DNA of 64,000 bases from Cirrosporium novae-zelandiae. Lineage: Eukaryota. The translations under genes were made by a program, and so were the position numbers. A model generated the notes under the pieces. It had not been told where the DNA came from. It worked only from the letters and a program-made list of their open reading frames with translations, and searched no databases. Shown in pieces: positions 9,421 to 22,847 of this stretch. How positions within the stretch are numbered: position 1 is the stretch's first letter; each line of letters begins with the position of its first letter. The stretch lies in contig JAPETS010000065.1 of NCBI GenBank assembly GCA_026023565.1, forward strand, positions 1-64,000. Direction: 5' to 3'.

Positions 9421-11276
9421 TCACCACTCCCAAGCCCCCTCAAACAACCCCAACAGCTCCTCCCTCTCCCTCCCCCCCTCAGGACTCAACCCCGGCGCCA
9501 ACATCAACACCCGTCTCTGCGGCAACGTCCCCTCAACCAACGCTCCCAAATCCCCCCTGCGAAATCCCAATGCCCTCAACCCCCTCGGCTGATCCCCCAA
9601 CCCATCCAAAAACCTCCTCAGCGCCTCCGCCAACACCTCCCCCGCACTCTCCCTCTTAATAGACCCCTCATCGGGTGTCCCTGGAAACAGCGATGCGACC
9701 TTGGCATGCCGTTCGGGGTTTGAGGCTGCGGTGAAGGAGAATACGGAGGGTGCGGTGACGGCGACGGAGACGCCGTGTGGGATTATGGGATCGGGGACAT
9801 GGTAGCCTGGGTGGCGGTAGTTGGAGAGGTTTTGGCTTGCGATTGGGTAGCTCATCCCGTGGCAGAGGTGGACGCCTGCATTTCCGAAGCCGACGCCCGC
9901 GAGGGTTGCAGCGAGGAGCATTTGGGTTTGGGCTTCCGTGTCATCTGGGTCGCGCACCGCGCGGGGTAGGTACTTGATTGTGGATTCGAGGGCCTGTAGG
10001 GAGAAGACGTCGGAGATTGGATTTGCGCCTTGATAGGCGGGACGGTTGATGGGGTTTGAAGGGCGGGGCGTCCGTTGGTGGTAGGGGATTGCGGTGTAGG
10101 ATTCTAGAGCGTGGCAGAGGACGTCGAGGCCCGAGGAGGCGGCCACGGCAGAGGGCATGGTGCGGGTGTTTAGAGGATCACAAATTCCCAGGGTGGGTTT
10201 TAGGTTTCGGTGCGCGATTCCTGTTTTGCTACCGCTGGAGACTAGATCGAAGATTGCGGTGCCTGTGGTTTCGGAACCTGTGCCTGCGGTGGTGGGGATG
10301 GCGATTAGGGGTTTCAAGGGGTGCATTATTGGGTTGCCGGCGCCTAGAGGTGCGTTGACGAAGTGTAGGAAGGGAACTGAGGGGACGGTGGTGTAGAGGT
10401 TCATTAGTTTGGCGGTGTCGATTACGGAGCCGCCACCTACGGCTAGAAAGGCATCTGGGGAGTGGGGTTGGGCGAAGGCAATGGCTTCTTTGATGCTGTT
10501 TGGGTCGAGGGGGTTGCTGTTAGCTGTTTCGTTTGTATGGAGTCAAGTAGGTTGGTGTAAAGGATAGTAGATTGGATAAGGGGTATAGAAGATGTATGGG
10601 TAAAAAAAGCTTGCTTCTTCTAAATAAAAAAGCAATAGATGCAATAAATGAGTCAAATACTGCATATATATACATGTACATGTATCAAACTATCCACAGT
10701 ACCAGTTGCAGATCAAAAGTTCAGGGAGCGAATAAAACGAGATGATCTTACCCCCCGGACGATTTCTAGGACAAAGAAAATAAATATCTCCCATAGACCA
10801 AAAACTTTCATTTGAGTGTAAGAATAGGTAAAATAAAGTAAAATATATACGTACGAACTATCTTTTGGCTCCACCCTCGTCTTGTCCCAAACCACATACT
10901 CCACTCCCTCTTTCTCCAACCCTTCCACAACCTGCTTCATAGCATCCAGTTTCACAACATTAGCATCGGTCACCACGCACACCTTCTTGGCTCCTAGATT
11001 CTTCACATCCATGCCAACTTCCTTAGTACATCCTGGACCAAACCGGATAGACGAGGCAGCCATTTCAAAAGCATATTCACGTTCTTGGGAGCTATCAATT
11101 GGGGTTGCAAGATGTCGAGTGGCCTGACGAGATGCCTGAAATGGAGAGATATGAGGGTGGTGGTGGGAGGGGTTTGAATGGCAGGGACAGGAAGGGGGAT
11201 GGGTGAATTGAAGGGTGCGGAGGAGAGAAGTTGCCCGCGCGGCGGCGGTTGGGACAATACGGAATGGAGGGACCAT
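9421..11276 (-). CDS. ADHFE1: Mitochondrial hydroxyacid-oxoacid transhydrogenase (Fe-dependent alcohol dehydrogenase family); exons 11276-10855, 10495-9421
   Basis: N-terminal presequence-like segment with CPCH, then EYAFEMAASSIRFGPG, AVGGGSVIDTAK, IPTTAGTGSETTG, DVLCHALES, GVHLCHGMSYPI and PHGVSV. A 359-nt intron GTACGT..CAG (10854-10496) with a GCTAAC branch point restores the frame. Confidence 0.93.
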
Positions 11277-11964
11277 TGTGAAATATGTTCAATTGAGAGG
11301 AGATGGATGATAATATTAAAGAGTGGGGTAGAATAAAGAGTTGGAGAGTAGAGAGTTGAAGAGTAGAGAGTGGAGAATGGATGAGATATATGAATCTAGT
11401 AGTGCTATAATATCCTCATTGGATATTGATAAACAATTAAAGTGTAGAGATCTGAGAACAAAGCAAAAGAAGAGGAGGATACAAAAGACATTATTTCAAT
11501 TGAAATGCTTAGGAATGTTTCTGGTGGATACAAAGGTAATGCGGAGGTCGGACATGACATTTGCGGGGTCAATATTATCGTCATCATGTCTTTCGGTCCG
11601 TAGATGTCGGTTATATCCCTCGGCTATATGGCTTTGGCTCTCCCTCGTCCCTTCGGTTATCCGTGTCATCCACAAAACACCGAAATACGTGAGTCATTAA
11701 CAGGAGGTTGAAGGATCAATAATTATTATAATCTGGGCAATGTGGGTCATTAAAAGAGAATATGGGCCGAGATGATGTTACATTCGGCATTAATTATTTC
11801 CAGGGATATCCAACGTAGCCATTGATTTTCCCGTCCTTTAAAAGTCTCTGCAAAGGCTTGTCGATTATCTGGATAATCCCCTATTTTCTCTGCATCGTAT
11901 TTGACAGTTGTAAAATCAAAATATTAAAATCAAAGTTTGTTCACGAGAATCCTTAACCCTCAAA

Positions 11965-13287
11965 ATGCGTATTAGAGACTTGGGTTACACACCTGGATGG
12001 TTGAAGCCAGGACCAAAAAACTCCATCTTGGATGTCAAAGGTAGCCATAATACATAAATTCAGTTATAGTATTAGTACCTGTTCATTGACCAAGACTAGG
12101 CGTTCATGTTGGCCAAATCACCATCGAAGAAGGGGGTGATGTTCGAAAGGGCGTTACTGTTATACTTCCCCGTGATGCCGACGACGTTGTCGACATTCCC
12201 TGTTACGCAGGAATGCACTGTCTCAACGGGAATGGCCAAGTTACTGGATCCTTTCAGATCAAGGACTGGGGATTTATCAACACCGTATGTCTATGACCCT
12301 GCCAGTCAAAACTAATCTTTATGCCATTTAGACTAATGAGCTGACACGAGTTCCGTTATCCTTAATCCTTAGCCCATAGCATTGACAAACTCTACCAGCC
12401 TTGGTCTAGTCTATGATGCCCTCTGGAGGTGGGTTCTCTCACAACACAAAGCCAAGGGCAAGACTATCTACCAGATAGGACGGGATTATGGCACTCCTAT
12501 TGTGGGAGAAACTGCTGATTGGTGGCTGAATGACGTCTTTCGATCTGCAATCGCTCCAGCTGACATTGACAAGGCGATAGAGAACGCCTCAACTCAAGAA
12601 AGTGTTCAGGAAGGTCAGCACGGTGGTGGCGCTGGGATGACTTGTCATGAATTCACAGGAGGTACGGGAACCGCATCCAGGGTTGTTGATGGGGAAGATG
12701 GTAAGGAATACACCGTAGGTGTCTTGGTGCAATCGAATTATGGACATAGGGAAAATTTCCATATCGGTGGACTTCCTATTGGAAGAATGTTAGCCAAAGA
12801 AACGGAAAGCAAAGAAAAGCAGGCACCAGGAGGCAAAGTGGATGAAGGAAGTATCGTCATCATTATTTTCACAGACGCACCTATGCTTCCTCATCAACTC
12901 AATCGACTTGCTCAACGTGCCACGGTCGGTCTGGCACAAGTAGGGGGTCACGGTATTGGACGAAATTCTTCTGGTGATATCTTTCTTGCTGTGTCAACAG
13001 GAAATGCCCTCTGCGAACAACTATCAGCTCCAAAGCCAACTCCTGGTCAATCAGTTCATAGCCAGCCAGCTCATCGTCATCCATGTGTGCAGACAACCAC
13101 GGTACAGACGATTAAGAATGAGAGCGTAGATGCTGTCTTTAGGGCGGCTTCTGAGGCCACCGAGGAAGCTATACTAAATTCATTGGTCGGGGGCAGAGAG
13201 GGGAGGGTCGGATTTCGCATGGCGCTAGAAGGCTTACCTGTAGACAAAGTTGCCGAACTGTTGAAGAAGCATCTTGTAGTAGTCTGA
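11965..13287 (+). CDS. dmpA: DmpA/BapA-family (peptidase S58/P1) aminopeptidase; exons 11965-12040, 12100-12284, 12373-13287
   Basis: Spliced translation MRIRDLGYTPGWLKPGPKNSILDVKGVHVGQ...GVTVILPR...LNGNGQVTG...PIALTNS...VGET...GGGAGM...VQSNYG...EG/SIVIIIFTDAP (autocleavage Gly-Ser)...NSSGDIFLAVSTGN...EATEEAILNSL. Two canonical introns. Confidence 0.9.
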
Positions 13288-14147
13288 GGGAGAAACTACT
13301 GTCAAGGGGTATTGGCCATGTTGAGAATCACTGGAACATCTGTTCCATTACCTCCCATACCCCCTTATAGGCCTTAGAGCAAGTCAACTCCACTGTTAGC
13401 TACCCACCGCCGCCATTTCTAGCTACTCACTCCAACATACGTGAGTTCGAATCCTATAGTAGCCAACAGCTCTAGCGTTTTATTGTTGGCCAAGTTAATA
13501 GCTATGATTCCGGAGGGCTTACCACAATATAAATTTGGTTGCATTCTGCCATTTTAAATAACCAGAAACCTTCTCCTAAGATTAGTTCTCAACCGTGTAC
13601 AGTACCACCACCAAAGAGGGTAACCTGATACAATAAACAAATCCAAGGAAGAGAACAATAATGCCCATCAAGGCTAGGAAATTAAATAATATCTGGATCA
13701 TGGAGAAGGGATATTTATCTTGATTCTTTTAGTTGAAAGCGACCAAAGAGAGTAAGCCTCGCTCATTTAGCTGGCTCCGACTTTTCCGACTTTTACATAA
13801 TCTCCCTTTTCCATCGTTATCCAAAGAAACATATCAAAGAAACATAGAAAACAAAGAAAAAGGAAGCAATACACAAAGAGCACTAGGGCCAACCATTCGT
13901 CGATATTCCCTATATCCCACTCTCAAGCCACCCAATTCCACACGTTTTGTCATAATCTCCTTCCTTTCAACAATCTCATATGCTGCCTCATCGCATATAC
14001 GGCCAACAGTTAGGAGTTAAACTTTATCATATGAATTCAATTTCTTTTTTGGATCCCCGTTCGAAAATGCACCAATCAATAAGTCAATCGTCTTGAAACA
14101 AAGCATAATAACAAGCCCCTCAAATCCTTGTAACGGGTAAATCAACT

Positions 14148-17100
14148 CTATGGCCTCGGGAATCCGTTGCCATTCCCACTCTTTCCCTTTTTAACTGCAT
14201 CCAAGCACATGTCCTTTGCACTCTCCACGCCTTCTGGAGAACCGCGGATCTCAATCGCCTCGGCCTTGTCCTGATTCCTTGGCACATGGATTTTACAACC
14301 TGTATTCTTCCTAATGGCATTGATATGACTGCCACCAGGCCCGACAACATAACGATAGGTGCGTGGGTCTGGAAGAAGAAGATAGCCGGTGGCCGTCTCC
14401 TGCTTAGCCTGCTCCAGAGCCTTTTCGACGATCGATTTGGCCTTGGCTACATTTTCCTTTGAGCCGCTGAGGATCCAAGGAATCTCGCCATCTTCAGCAT
14501 TTTCGTCGAGGGACACAACTTGCCAGCCAAATTGTTCATCAGAATCCTGGGCTTCATCTGTAATGAGCGGCATAGCACCTCCATTCATCTGAGCCCGAAC
14601 GTCAGGGGTTGCAGGACGAGCAGGTGGTTGCTGGCCAGCGTGGTCGACGGTGACGTGATGGTCGTTGCGAAGACGGCGGAAGAATTGACCATTGTCGGCA
14701 ATGAAGTGGTGGAAGCGACGAGGGATTTGAATGGTTTCACCGGCTTGAGATTGGACAATGTTCATGATGTGGGCCTTGGCTTTCTCAATGTCCTCAGGGG
14801 GTCCTTCAAGCTTGATGTGCGAGCGAGCAGCACCCTGGACAGATTGGCGAGGAATATCTATACTAACGTGGAACTGAGATTCAATACTACGACGAGTCTC
14901 GCCGCCACGACCGATGAGAAGACGGTGTTTCTCGGGGGCGATCTCAAGGATTTCGGTAGCCCGATTCTCACGCTCGTTGACAAAGGTTTCAATGGAATTG
15001 ACAATCTTTTCAACAATGGCCTTGTTACCTTCTACGCGAATTGTAGTGTCGTCGGATTCTGGTCGAGGGAAGCGGACAATTCGGGCGAGTTCTCTTCGGT
15101 CATCGGGGCCGCCTGCCTCAAGGACGAGATTACGGATGTTGGAGCCTAGATATCATTAGTACTTTCATCACGCAGCTAAAGACATGGAAAGACTTACCGC
15201 CGCCGCCGATTAGGGCTTTATGGTATTTCTTGGGAACATCAATCGTACGAATAACGCTCTCGTCAAAGATTTTGGCTCGATCTCCGAGAAGCTTCTTCGC
15301 TTGCTCAACTTGTTTCTTGTTGCCCTTGATTCTAATTTCGACTCGGCCGGCAGAATCTGCTCCATCTCTGACCCCGGGTACATCGATTTGAGCGCCGGTG
15401 CTCATCCTCAGGTTATCCATTTCACGGCCACCTTGTCCGATTAAGGAAGGTATCTGAGCTTGTGCAACGGAAACAGTTGCAGTAAACGAGTTATCAATGG
15501 TCCATTGGAGTAGATTCAGGATTTCATCTCGAGCCTCATCAGCGCCTCTCTTAGGTCCTTTGACGATAACCTCATCTGGTGCCTGGTTATGGCGGTGAGG
15601 TCTAGCACCTGCTTCACTTGCTGCATCTGCTACGGATTGATCATCACCACCTTGTCCGTTGGTTGATCGAGGGAACTGTACCCGCACATTGTAGCGATCC
15701 TGTAATCTGTTGACTTGACTTCCCTTTGCACCAATAAGGTCCCGATGATACTGAGGCTTAACCTTTAATATGTGAGTAACCTCATCCTCGAGTTTCTTCC
15801 CCAAGGCAACGATGTTAGCCTTGGCGGCTTCGGCATGCTTCTGGGGCCCTTTGATCTCGACTGTGCCATCATGAAGCTGGATCTCAACATCATAGTCGTC
15901 CCTATATCTGTTGATATTTTCTCCTTTCCGACCAATCAAGTAGCTCGCAAACTTTTGAGGAAAGTCAAATGTCAGAGTAAATCCTCGTTCTTTCTCATTC
16001 TGCAATTCCTCTTTAACAAAAGTCTCGATCTTAGTGGCGAGCTTCTCAACATCATCAACAGGGCCACGCAACGACACAGCGTTGTCCGGAATAGCTTTAG
16101 AATGTCGACGTGCTTTTGAAGGACCGTAACGAATACGAACTGGAATGTCTCCCAAACCGTTGTTTTGCTCTTCTTTCTTTACGAACCTTCGAAGTCTATC
16201 GTGAAACTTGTCGGGGACTTCTACAATCTTTGTTGTGACGCTTGGTCGGCCGCTAATGATGTTGAGAATGTCCTTTTGGGCCTGCTGAAGGGCGGATTTG
16301 AACTGAGCAATTTCGGGCGAAGTTGGACGTTGCTTTGTCCTTGGGCAAACATAGGGAGTTTCCGGGTCCCTTTGACCTTCGTAGACAAGAAGAACCTGCG
16401 TGACCTCTGCATCTTCATCGGGGAATACCATATAGACACCGTGATCGGTTTGAATACGATTTAGCGTGCGCTCCTGGAGGTGTTGATGGTAGAACGGATC
16501 AATGTCCAGCGGCATCATACGCGACTGAGGGTGAGCATTGATAAGATTCGTGAGATCTGTACGTGCTTGGAACATGTTCCTAGGGTTCGCAGAGTAAATC
16601 TCCCAGGTATTGGGGTTGGCTTCAGAGGTTGGAAGAACAATGTGCGAATTGTGTTGTTGCTCGAGCTGTTCGAAAGCGAGGCGCTCTTGAAGGTATTGGG
16701 CTAGGGAGCGAGCATATATTTCAGTTGCCATTGGCGCATTCCCAGGTTGATTGGGTAAATCAACTCTCGCCGATTGCATACGAGCCGCGAGATCCATGAC
16801 CTTCTCGACTCCACTTTCAATCTTCTCGGCGGGACCAACAACAGTCAGGAAGTCGGTGTCATCAAAAGCAGGAGGAAGAATAACAGAACATCCTGTGGCA
16901 TTTAAAAAGTCACTGAGTGTATCGCCTCTATCGCCCACGATGAATTGATGTTGACCACGGGGAATTGATAGTTGCTGCAGAGTTATACGTTGTCGCAACT
17001 CCTCAACCTGTCGCTCGAGATTTTCACGAGCTTCTTGAACGGCATTGCGGTCGCCAGATAGTTGAATGTAGTCATGTGGGTTGGGAACAAACACAGGTCG

Positions 17101-18342
17101 CTGGTTTGGTTGAGGCTCCTGAGGTGGGGCTTGGTGCGTCCAAATATGATAGTCGGGAATCCTTACACGCAAATCGCGTCCTTCTTCCAGTGTTGCGGCG
17201 CGAGAATTCTCGGGTCCTGCAAGGAATGGGAAAAACTCAGGAGGAATGTCCTTCATTCTCGTATTGACAGTAGACGTGCGCTCATTTACAATGGCTTCGA
17301 TTTCTCGTCTTGCCATTTCTGCCGCTACCGCATCACCTTCGATTTCCACCTCAATTGTAGCATCCTCTTCTTCATCCTCCGGCGTCGTCGCTTGTTCACT
17401 TGGTCTGGGTACCTGGATTCTAGCGCCGGTGCGTTGGATAATAGCCTGCACCGTAGAACCCCCCTTTCCGATAATGTGAGGTCGAACTGAAGCTGGAACC
17501 GGGATTTTGACGGATTGCTGCATCTACATTAGCAATGAACATAAAAGTAGCGTGGGATAGCTCACTTTGGAACCCAATTGCTGAGCGACCTGTTTTAATG
17601 CCTGACGTACAGCATCAACTGGTCCCGTTCCTTCGAAAATTTGCATTTGATTCGGTCCAGAATGAAGTTTGACAGTTGCTTTGGATCGTTTATTGATATC
17701 CCGTAGAATGTCCAAAACTGGCTTCTTCAACTGGTCTTTCTTCAAGAGCTGGGATGGTGCAAACTGGATTCGCTCAACATGCTTTCCTGGCAAGTTCATC
17801 GTGTGCGGGAAATCAAGCTGGGTTTGAACTGGCGTACGCATACCAGGGGCAGGAGTAGAAGCACGAGAGGACCCAAGAGAAGCGGGGACGGAATGGCCAT
17901 TTGTAAGTCCATTGGTTCCATTCTTACCACCAGCGACCTTCTTCGCACCCCACATTACAGGTGCCACGCCAGAACTTTTCGGCTTGGGTCCACCTCCCAA
18001 AGCTGGGAAGGCTTCTTCAGAACGAGTATCCGGCACGACAGGGACAGCAGGTGTCTTTTTGGCATTGGCCTCGGCTGGGGTAAGCTCATCTAGAACCCTT
18101 TGTTTTCCGGCAGCTTTTTCGGACAATGGCGCAGAGGTGCCTTCGGCCTTAGCATGTTGGTTTTCAGATTGGGTAGTGGAGGGCGGGGGGTGAGCAAGAT
18201 CCTCTTCGTCCGGGACATCTTCGACGGTAGGACGACTTGGTTTGCGAATATGCTCAACTTTATGAACTTGTTCGGGAGCGGTAGCGGGTGAATCATCGAT
18301 AGCTGTGGAAGCATCTCCATTGAGTATAGCAGCGGTCGCCAT
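14148..18342 (-). CDS. SCP160: Vigilin/Scp160 multi-KH-domain RNA-binding protein; introns ~17565-17518 and 15197-15146
   Basis: Repeated KH GxxG loops (IIGKGGS, IVGDRG, LIGRKG, LIGAKG, LIGQGG, LIGGGG, VVGPGG). N-terminal EEAFPALGGG motif. Three ORF-track pieces are joined by canonical introns. Confidence 0.93.
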
Positions 18343-19721
18343 GGTTGCGAGATTCAATTACCGAGTTCGAGTGGTAGACAAACGCTGTAGCAGGCACAGA
18401 GATAGGGAGACTGTGGCCGTTGTGGTGTGCACAGACAGAGCCGAGTATTGATGAGGCAACTATTAACAGCACAAAAATTCCGAAGAGGCCACGGTTTCGT
18501 ATGCCAAATTCCAACAGTAGAATGGTATACGAGTGGCAGGAAATAGGGTTGAAATGTCGTTAATATAGTGTTGGTAGAATGCCGGTCGAGTTGTCAAGTT
18601 GGGTCAAAAGGGGAGAGGCCGATAGATATTAACACATGTCCATGGATTTTGATAGATGGACAGCCTGAATTGAATGATGACGTCTATTTCAGGGCTAGCG
18701 GAGACGTGCTCGAAAGTAGTAATAGACTTCTTGAGAAATCTCCAAGCGGGAGAAGAAACGATGGGAATTGAAGGGACAGGTGTAAAGAGGTATTAATAAA
18801 TTATTTCCAAATATCAATGTCAACCAACCCAAAAAGCTTCGGCCTGTGGCTCGAGCTGAGGGTCGGACCTAAGACACACCAAAAAGTCAAAGTCTTCGCT
18901 AGAACATCCTCGAAATATCAACCAAGACAGGATATCTGAACAGATTTATTCATCTACAATTTTAGCCAATACTTAGCATGAAAAAAATATATAGAGAGAG
19001 AATCCATGTTGCCACCACATGTATTACTTTATTCCCGACATCAAACGCCTACCACCCCCATCTTTACGTTTTGTCTACGACTACTCCACATTCAATGTAC
19101 TCCACTCGGGGACTTGAAGACCCTCTATAACATTTCATATAGTCAGCTTTAAAACTAGTCTGGGGTTGTTATCTGAGCACGCACATACGGCGGATATGCT
19201 TAACGTCCGGCGGGAAAAGAAAAATGTGGATCCATTACAAAATAGTGGCTTGTGGTCTCATGTACAAAATATTCTCAACATATACATATTCAAGAGAAAA
19301 TAGTAGGTCGTCTTTGCGCACCAGCGGATGAAGTGGCTGGCATTCACATCTGTTTTAGCTAGTTCGGTTTGTTTGTCTGGCTCAGACTCTTTTACCCCTA
19401 GAAACAGAAGACAGCGAAACGGGAAATAGAACCGATTAAAAAACAAACACACAAGAGGGTATCTAATTAACGTCTCGTAAACCCTTCAACACTTTCTTTC
19501 ACCTGTAGAAAATAACCTATGCCCTCGCTCCACTCCGATCGCTTTGAACATATAAGAAACACTTGAGAATGAATGCCCAACTCCATCCAGCGCAAGCTCC
19601 AGGCCATCCTTCTTACTCTGGAAAGAGAAGGAAAAAATTAATGAGAAATTGATGATGATCCAATCAATAGATTGTAGGCTTGTTGTTTCTTCAGCACTTC
19701 TCCAACAACAAAATCGAGCAT

Positions 19722-20604
19722 CTATGCAGTAGTAGCAGGTGCATCCTTCTTCTCCTCTGTGGGGTTCTTGGCCTCCTCTACAGGACTAGCAGCACCAGGT
19801 TGTAGCTCTGGCAGATCGCCCAGAGGTCCACTTGTAGCACTCAGTCCAACATCATCCTTCTTCTGTTCAGCAGGTTTCGTCTCCGCGGCTGGTGTGGCTG
19901 TCTCCGGGACTGTAGCAGGAGCTGCAGCGGGTGCCTCCTCCGCCTTCGCTGGCTCGGGAGTGGTGGTAGTAGGTGCCGCAGCTGCAGCAGCAGGAGCTTC
20001 TTTGGTCTCCGTAGCTGGCTTAGCAGCCTCCTCTGTTGCCGGGGCTGCAGGGGTAGTAGTATCTGCTGGCTTGGCAGGTTCGGCGGCAGCAGTCGTAGTT
20101 GGTTCCGTTTTGGCTGGTTCGGTAGTAGCAGTTGCGGGCTCTTTACCGTTAGACTTCTCCGACCTCTTCTTCTTCTTGAAGATAGCCTTGAGGCGTGACT
20201 TTAAGTCGGAAAGAGCATTAGGAGCTGTTAAATTCAGATAAGTTAGCCCATCCCACGAACAGAACTTAATCCAGAGATATATGGCTGGGAAAATCTTTGC
20301 GGGTAGAAGTATCAAGGATAGCACAAAATAAGGAGTGAGCAAGTTACAGCACGAGATTCAGCTCAAGTGAGCAGAATGATGTATTGGTACTTGTGAATCT
20401 AAAACGCGTTGCCTTAGTCTACAATTATGATTTGAAGTCATAATTGGTAATCCGATACCTCGGCTCAACCTAGAATGAAGAAAAGAGAAACGAGAAACCA
20501 CCATTATAACGTTGCCGTCAAGGAAAACAAGAATTTGGGGACTTTGCAAAGGTAGCGAATAAAGCAAAGTGGATATGATTAGAAGACTTACGAACACCAG
20601 GCAT
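19722..20604 (-). CDS. Hypothetical Ala/Pro/Thr/Glu-rich protein with basic N-terminus; exons 20604-20592, 20224-19722
   Basis: Micro-exon ATGCCTGGTGTTC|GTAAGT is spliced (GCTAAC branch, CAG at 20225) to give MPGVPPNALSDLKSRLKAIFKKKK..., followed by PAT/PAE repeats and a LSATSGPL motif. A probable 5'UTR intron lies near 20620-20656. Confidence 0.75.
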
Positions 20605-21681
20605 CTTGTTCAACGGTTGCCTATAAGATTTCGGGTAAAAAGTGTGGTATGTTTACTTGTAATTGGAGGGTTGAAATCCTCAACTAATGGATGGTGATGT
20701 TGATGGGAATGGTGAAGGAAGGACTTGATATTAAATAAGAGAGATGTCAAGGAGAGGAAGGGGGAAAAAGAGTATATGGATATTCGTGTCTTCGTGAGGA
20801 AGAGAAGGAGGTTAGAAGGAGGTTAGAAGTTGGTTTGGAAGTTTGGAAGGAAGGGAGAGGGAGAGAGGCCTAAGCTGAGGAAAAGAGAAAAGAGGGAAAG
20901 CGAAAATGACGAGCTGTCAAGCAAAGACCAAAAGACTCAATAATTACTCTTTTCTTCTGAACTGGGGTAGTTTGGCTCACCCCTCAACCTAGTCTATACA
21001 CGGATAAAAGCCGATAATTCCTTTAAATAGGAATAGGATAGGAAGCCTTCAACAATAAATGATTAATCCCCCATCCAATTCATTCATTGCCTTTCCTTTC
21101 CCACGTAACATGTTCTGCCCCTTTCTTAAAACTTATCTGAAACCTGCCTGGCCTTGATTAACATGTAAATAACCCCCCCGACATTACAAGCAATCTATCC
21201 CAAAGTAAAACATATCGATCTGACTCCACCGGCTAATCTACCATTGTGTCATTACCGTTATATCTCATTTCGCTTCAGGTCATTTTCATCAATTGAACCC
21301 AAAAGGGACCCCGTAGCGTCAGTCTATCCAGCCCTGGGTAAATTTCTCATCTCATGCCACTGATACCACCACGAACTTCTACTTTCATAAATGAGGATTC
21401 GTATCATAACATTCCTCTGAAACAATGCTTTATTTTACATCCATTTGCCGTATTCCAATGCAAGCAATTCCACCTTCCGCTGATCCAAGCAAGCCTGACC
21501 TTTTGACACCGAAATCGTAGCCCTTCTGAGATGATACCATAATTGAACGTCACGAGGATAATACCTTATCAGGGTCTTCCAAAATTCTCATTAACAAACT
21601 CATATGAAAATGTCTGCTGGAAAGACATACAGAGAAATCATGAACAACAGTAGCTTCTCAGAAGCCTCGTTGTGTTTCCAA

Positions 21682-22847
21682 CTAATGGTAACCATTGGGT
21701 CGCCCACGACCTGACCAAGCACTAGTACCATCCTCAAAATACGGGTGCATACAAGCTTCCTTGGCCGATAGACGGCGAGCGGGATCATATACGAGCATGC
21801 GCTCTAATAAATCCAAGCCTGACTCTTCTAATCCGGGAACGAGAGTTCGGCTTTCCTGACGAGACCATTTAGGGAATGAAGCCTTGAAATCCGGGAATGA
21901 GGTGACGCCCGGCCAGGAATCTTCACCAGGGGTGCCAAGCAACCTAAACACAAGTAAGCGATGAAACCTATAATTGATACCGAGACGACTTACCTAAAGA
22001 TCTTGAAGATTTCATCAATCTCGGAATCGCCAGGGAACAATGGCTTGCGAGTACACATTTCTGCGAAAATGGCACCAACAGACCACATATCAACACCTGT
22101 CGAATATTGCCGACCCCCTAGAAGGATTTCTGGTGCACGGTACCATAGGGTGACAACCTAAAAATCAATATTAGCTCCGTATCTAGAAGACCTAGATGGC
22201 CTGAGGAACTCCTCGACTCACTTCGTGCGTGTAGGTCCTTAGTGGAACACCAAAAGCTCTTGCCAATCCGAAATCTGCCAACTTCAAGTTGCCTTCACGA
22301 TCAATCAACAGATTTTGGGGCTTGAGGTCACGATGCAGGACACGATGAGCATGACAATATCGTACACCTTCGACAAGCTGGCTCATGAATCTTTTTACCA
22401 TTGCATCTCCAAGTCCAAGCCTACCCAACTCTGATCCGTCCGGCAATGCTTTCCCGCGGCCACCTTCACTGACAGGCAATGCTTCCATATATTTCTTCAG
22501 ATCGAGGTCTAAGAATTCGCAGACAAGATACAGTTTGTGACCATCAGCGTGGACAATGTTGAGTAAGCGGACAATATTGGGGTCATTCATTTCCTTTAGC
22601 AACGAGATCTCACGGATAGCAGTGCTTGGAACACCTTCATCCTCTGCTTCTAGGCGGATCTTCTTAAGGGCAACGATACGGGTCGGATGAGTAAGGTCTC
22701 GAGCTTTGTAGACAACCCCGTATGTCCCTAATATTGTTAGATTTTCAAGGTATTGAGAATGGCCATAGGAGGGGGGTTATGTCGGAAAAAAGGAAATAAG
22801 TTGTACATACCTTCTCCAACCTTTTCGATTTTCTGGTAGTTTTCCAT
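21682..22847 (-). CDS. CDC28: Cyclin-dependent kinase 1 (Cdc2/Cdc28/NimX); introns 22810-22728, 22221-22158, 21993-21944
   Basis: [33 protein letters not shown] (PSTAIRE), [38 protein letters not shown] and [12 protein letters not shown]. Confidence 0.98.

Noticed and set aside
13421..13465. Functional tRNA gene
   Set aside because: No room for D and anticodon arms, and the T-stem has a mismatch. Kept only as a possible remnant.
14520..15149. 209-aa plus-strand ORF and similar antisense ORFs over Scp160, GH5, CCDC130 and 40959-41552
   Set aside because: These are shadow frames opposite well-supported genes and have no motifs.
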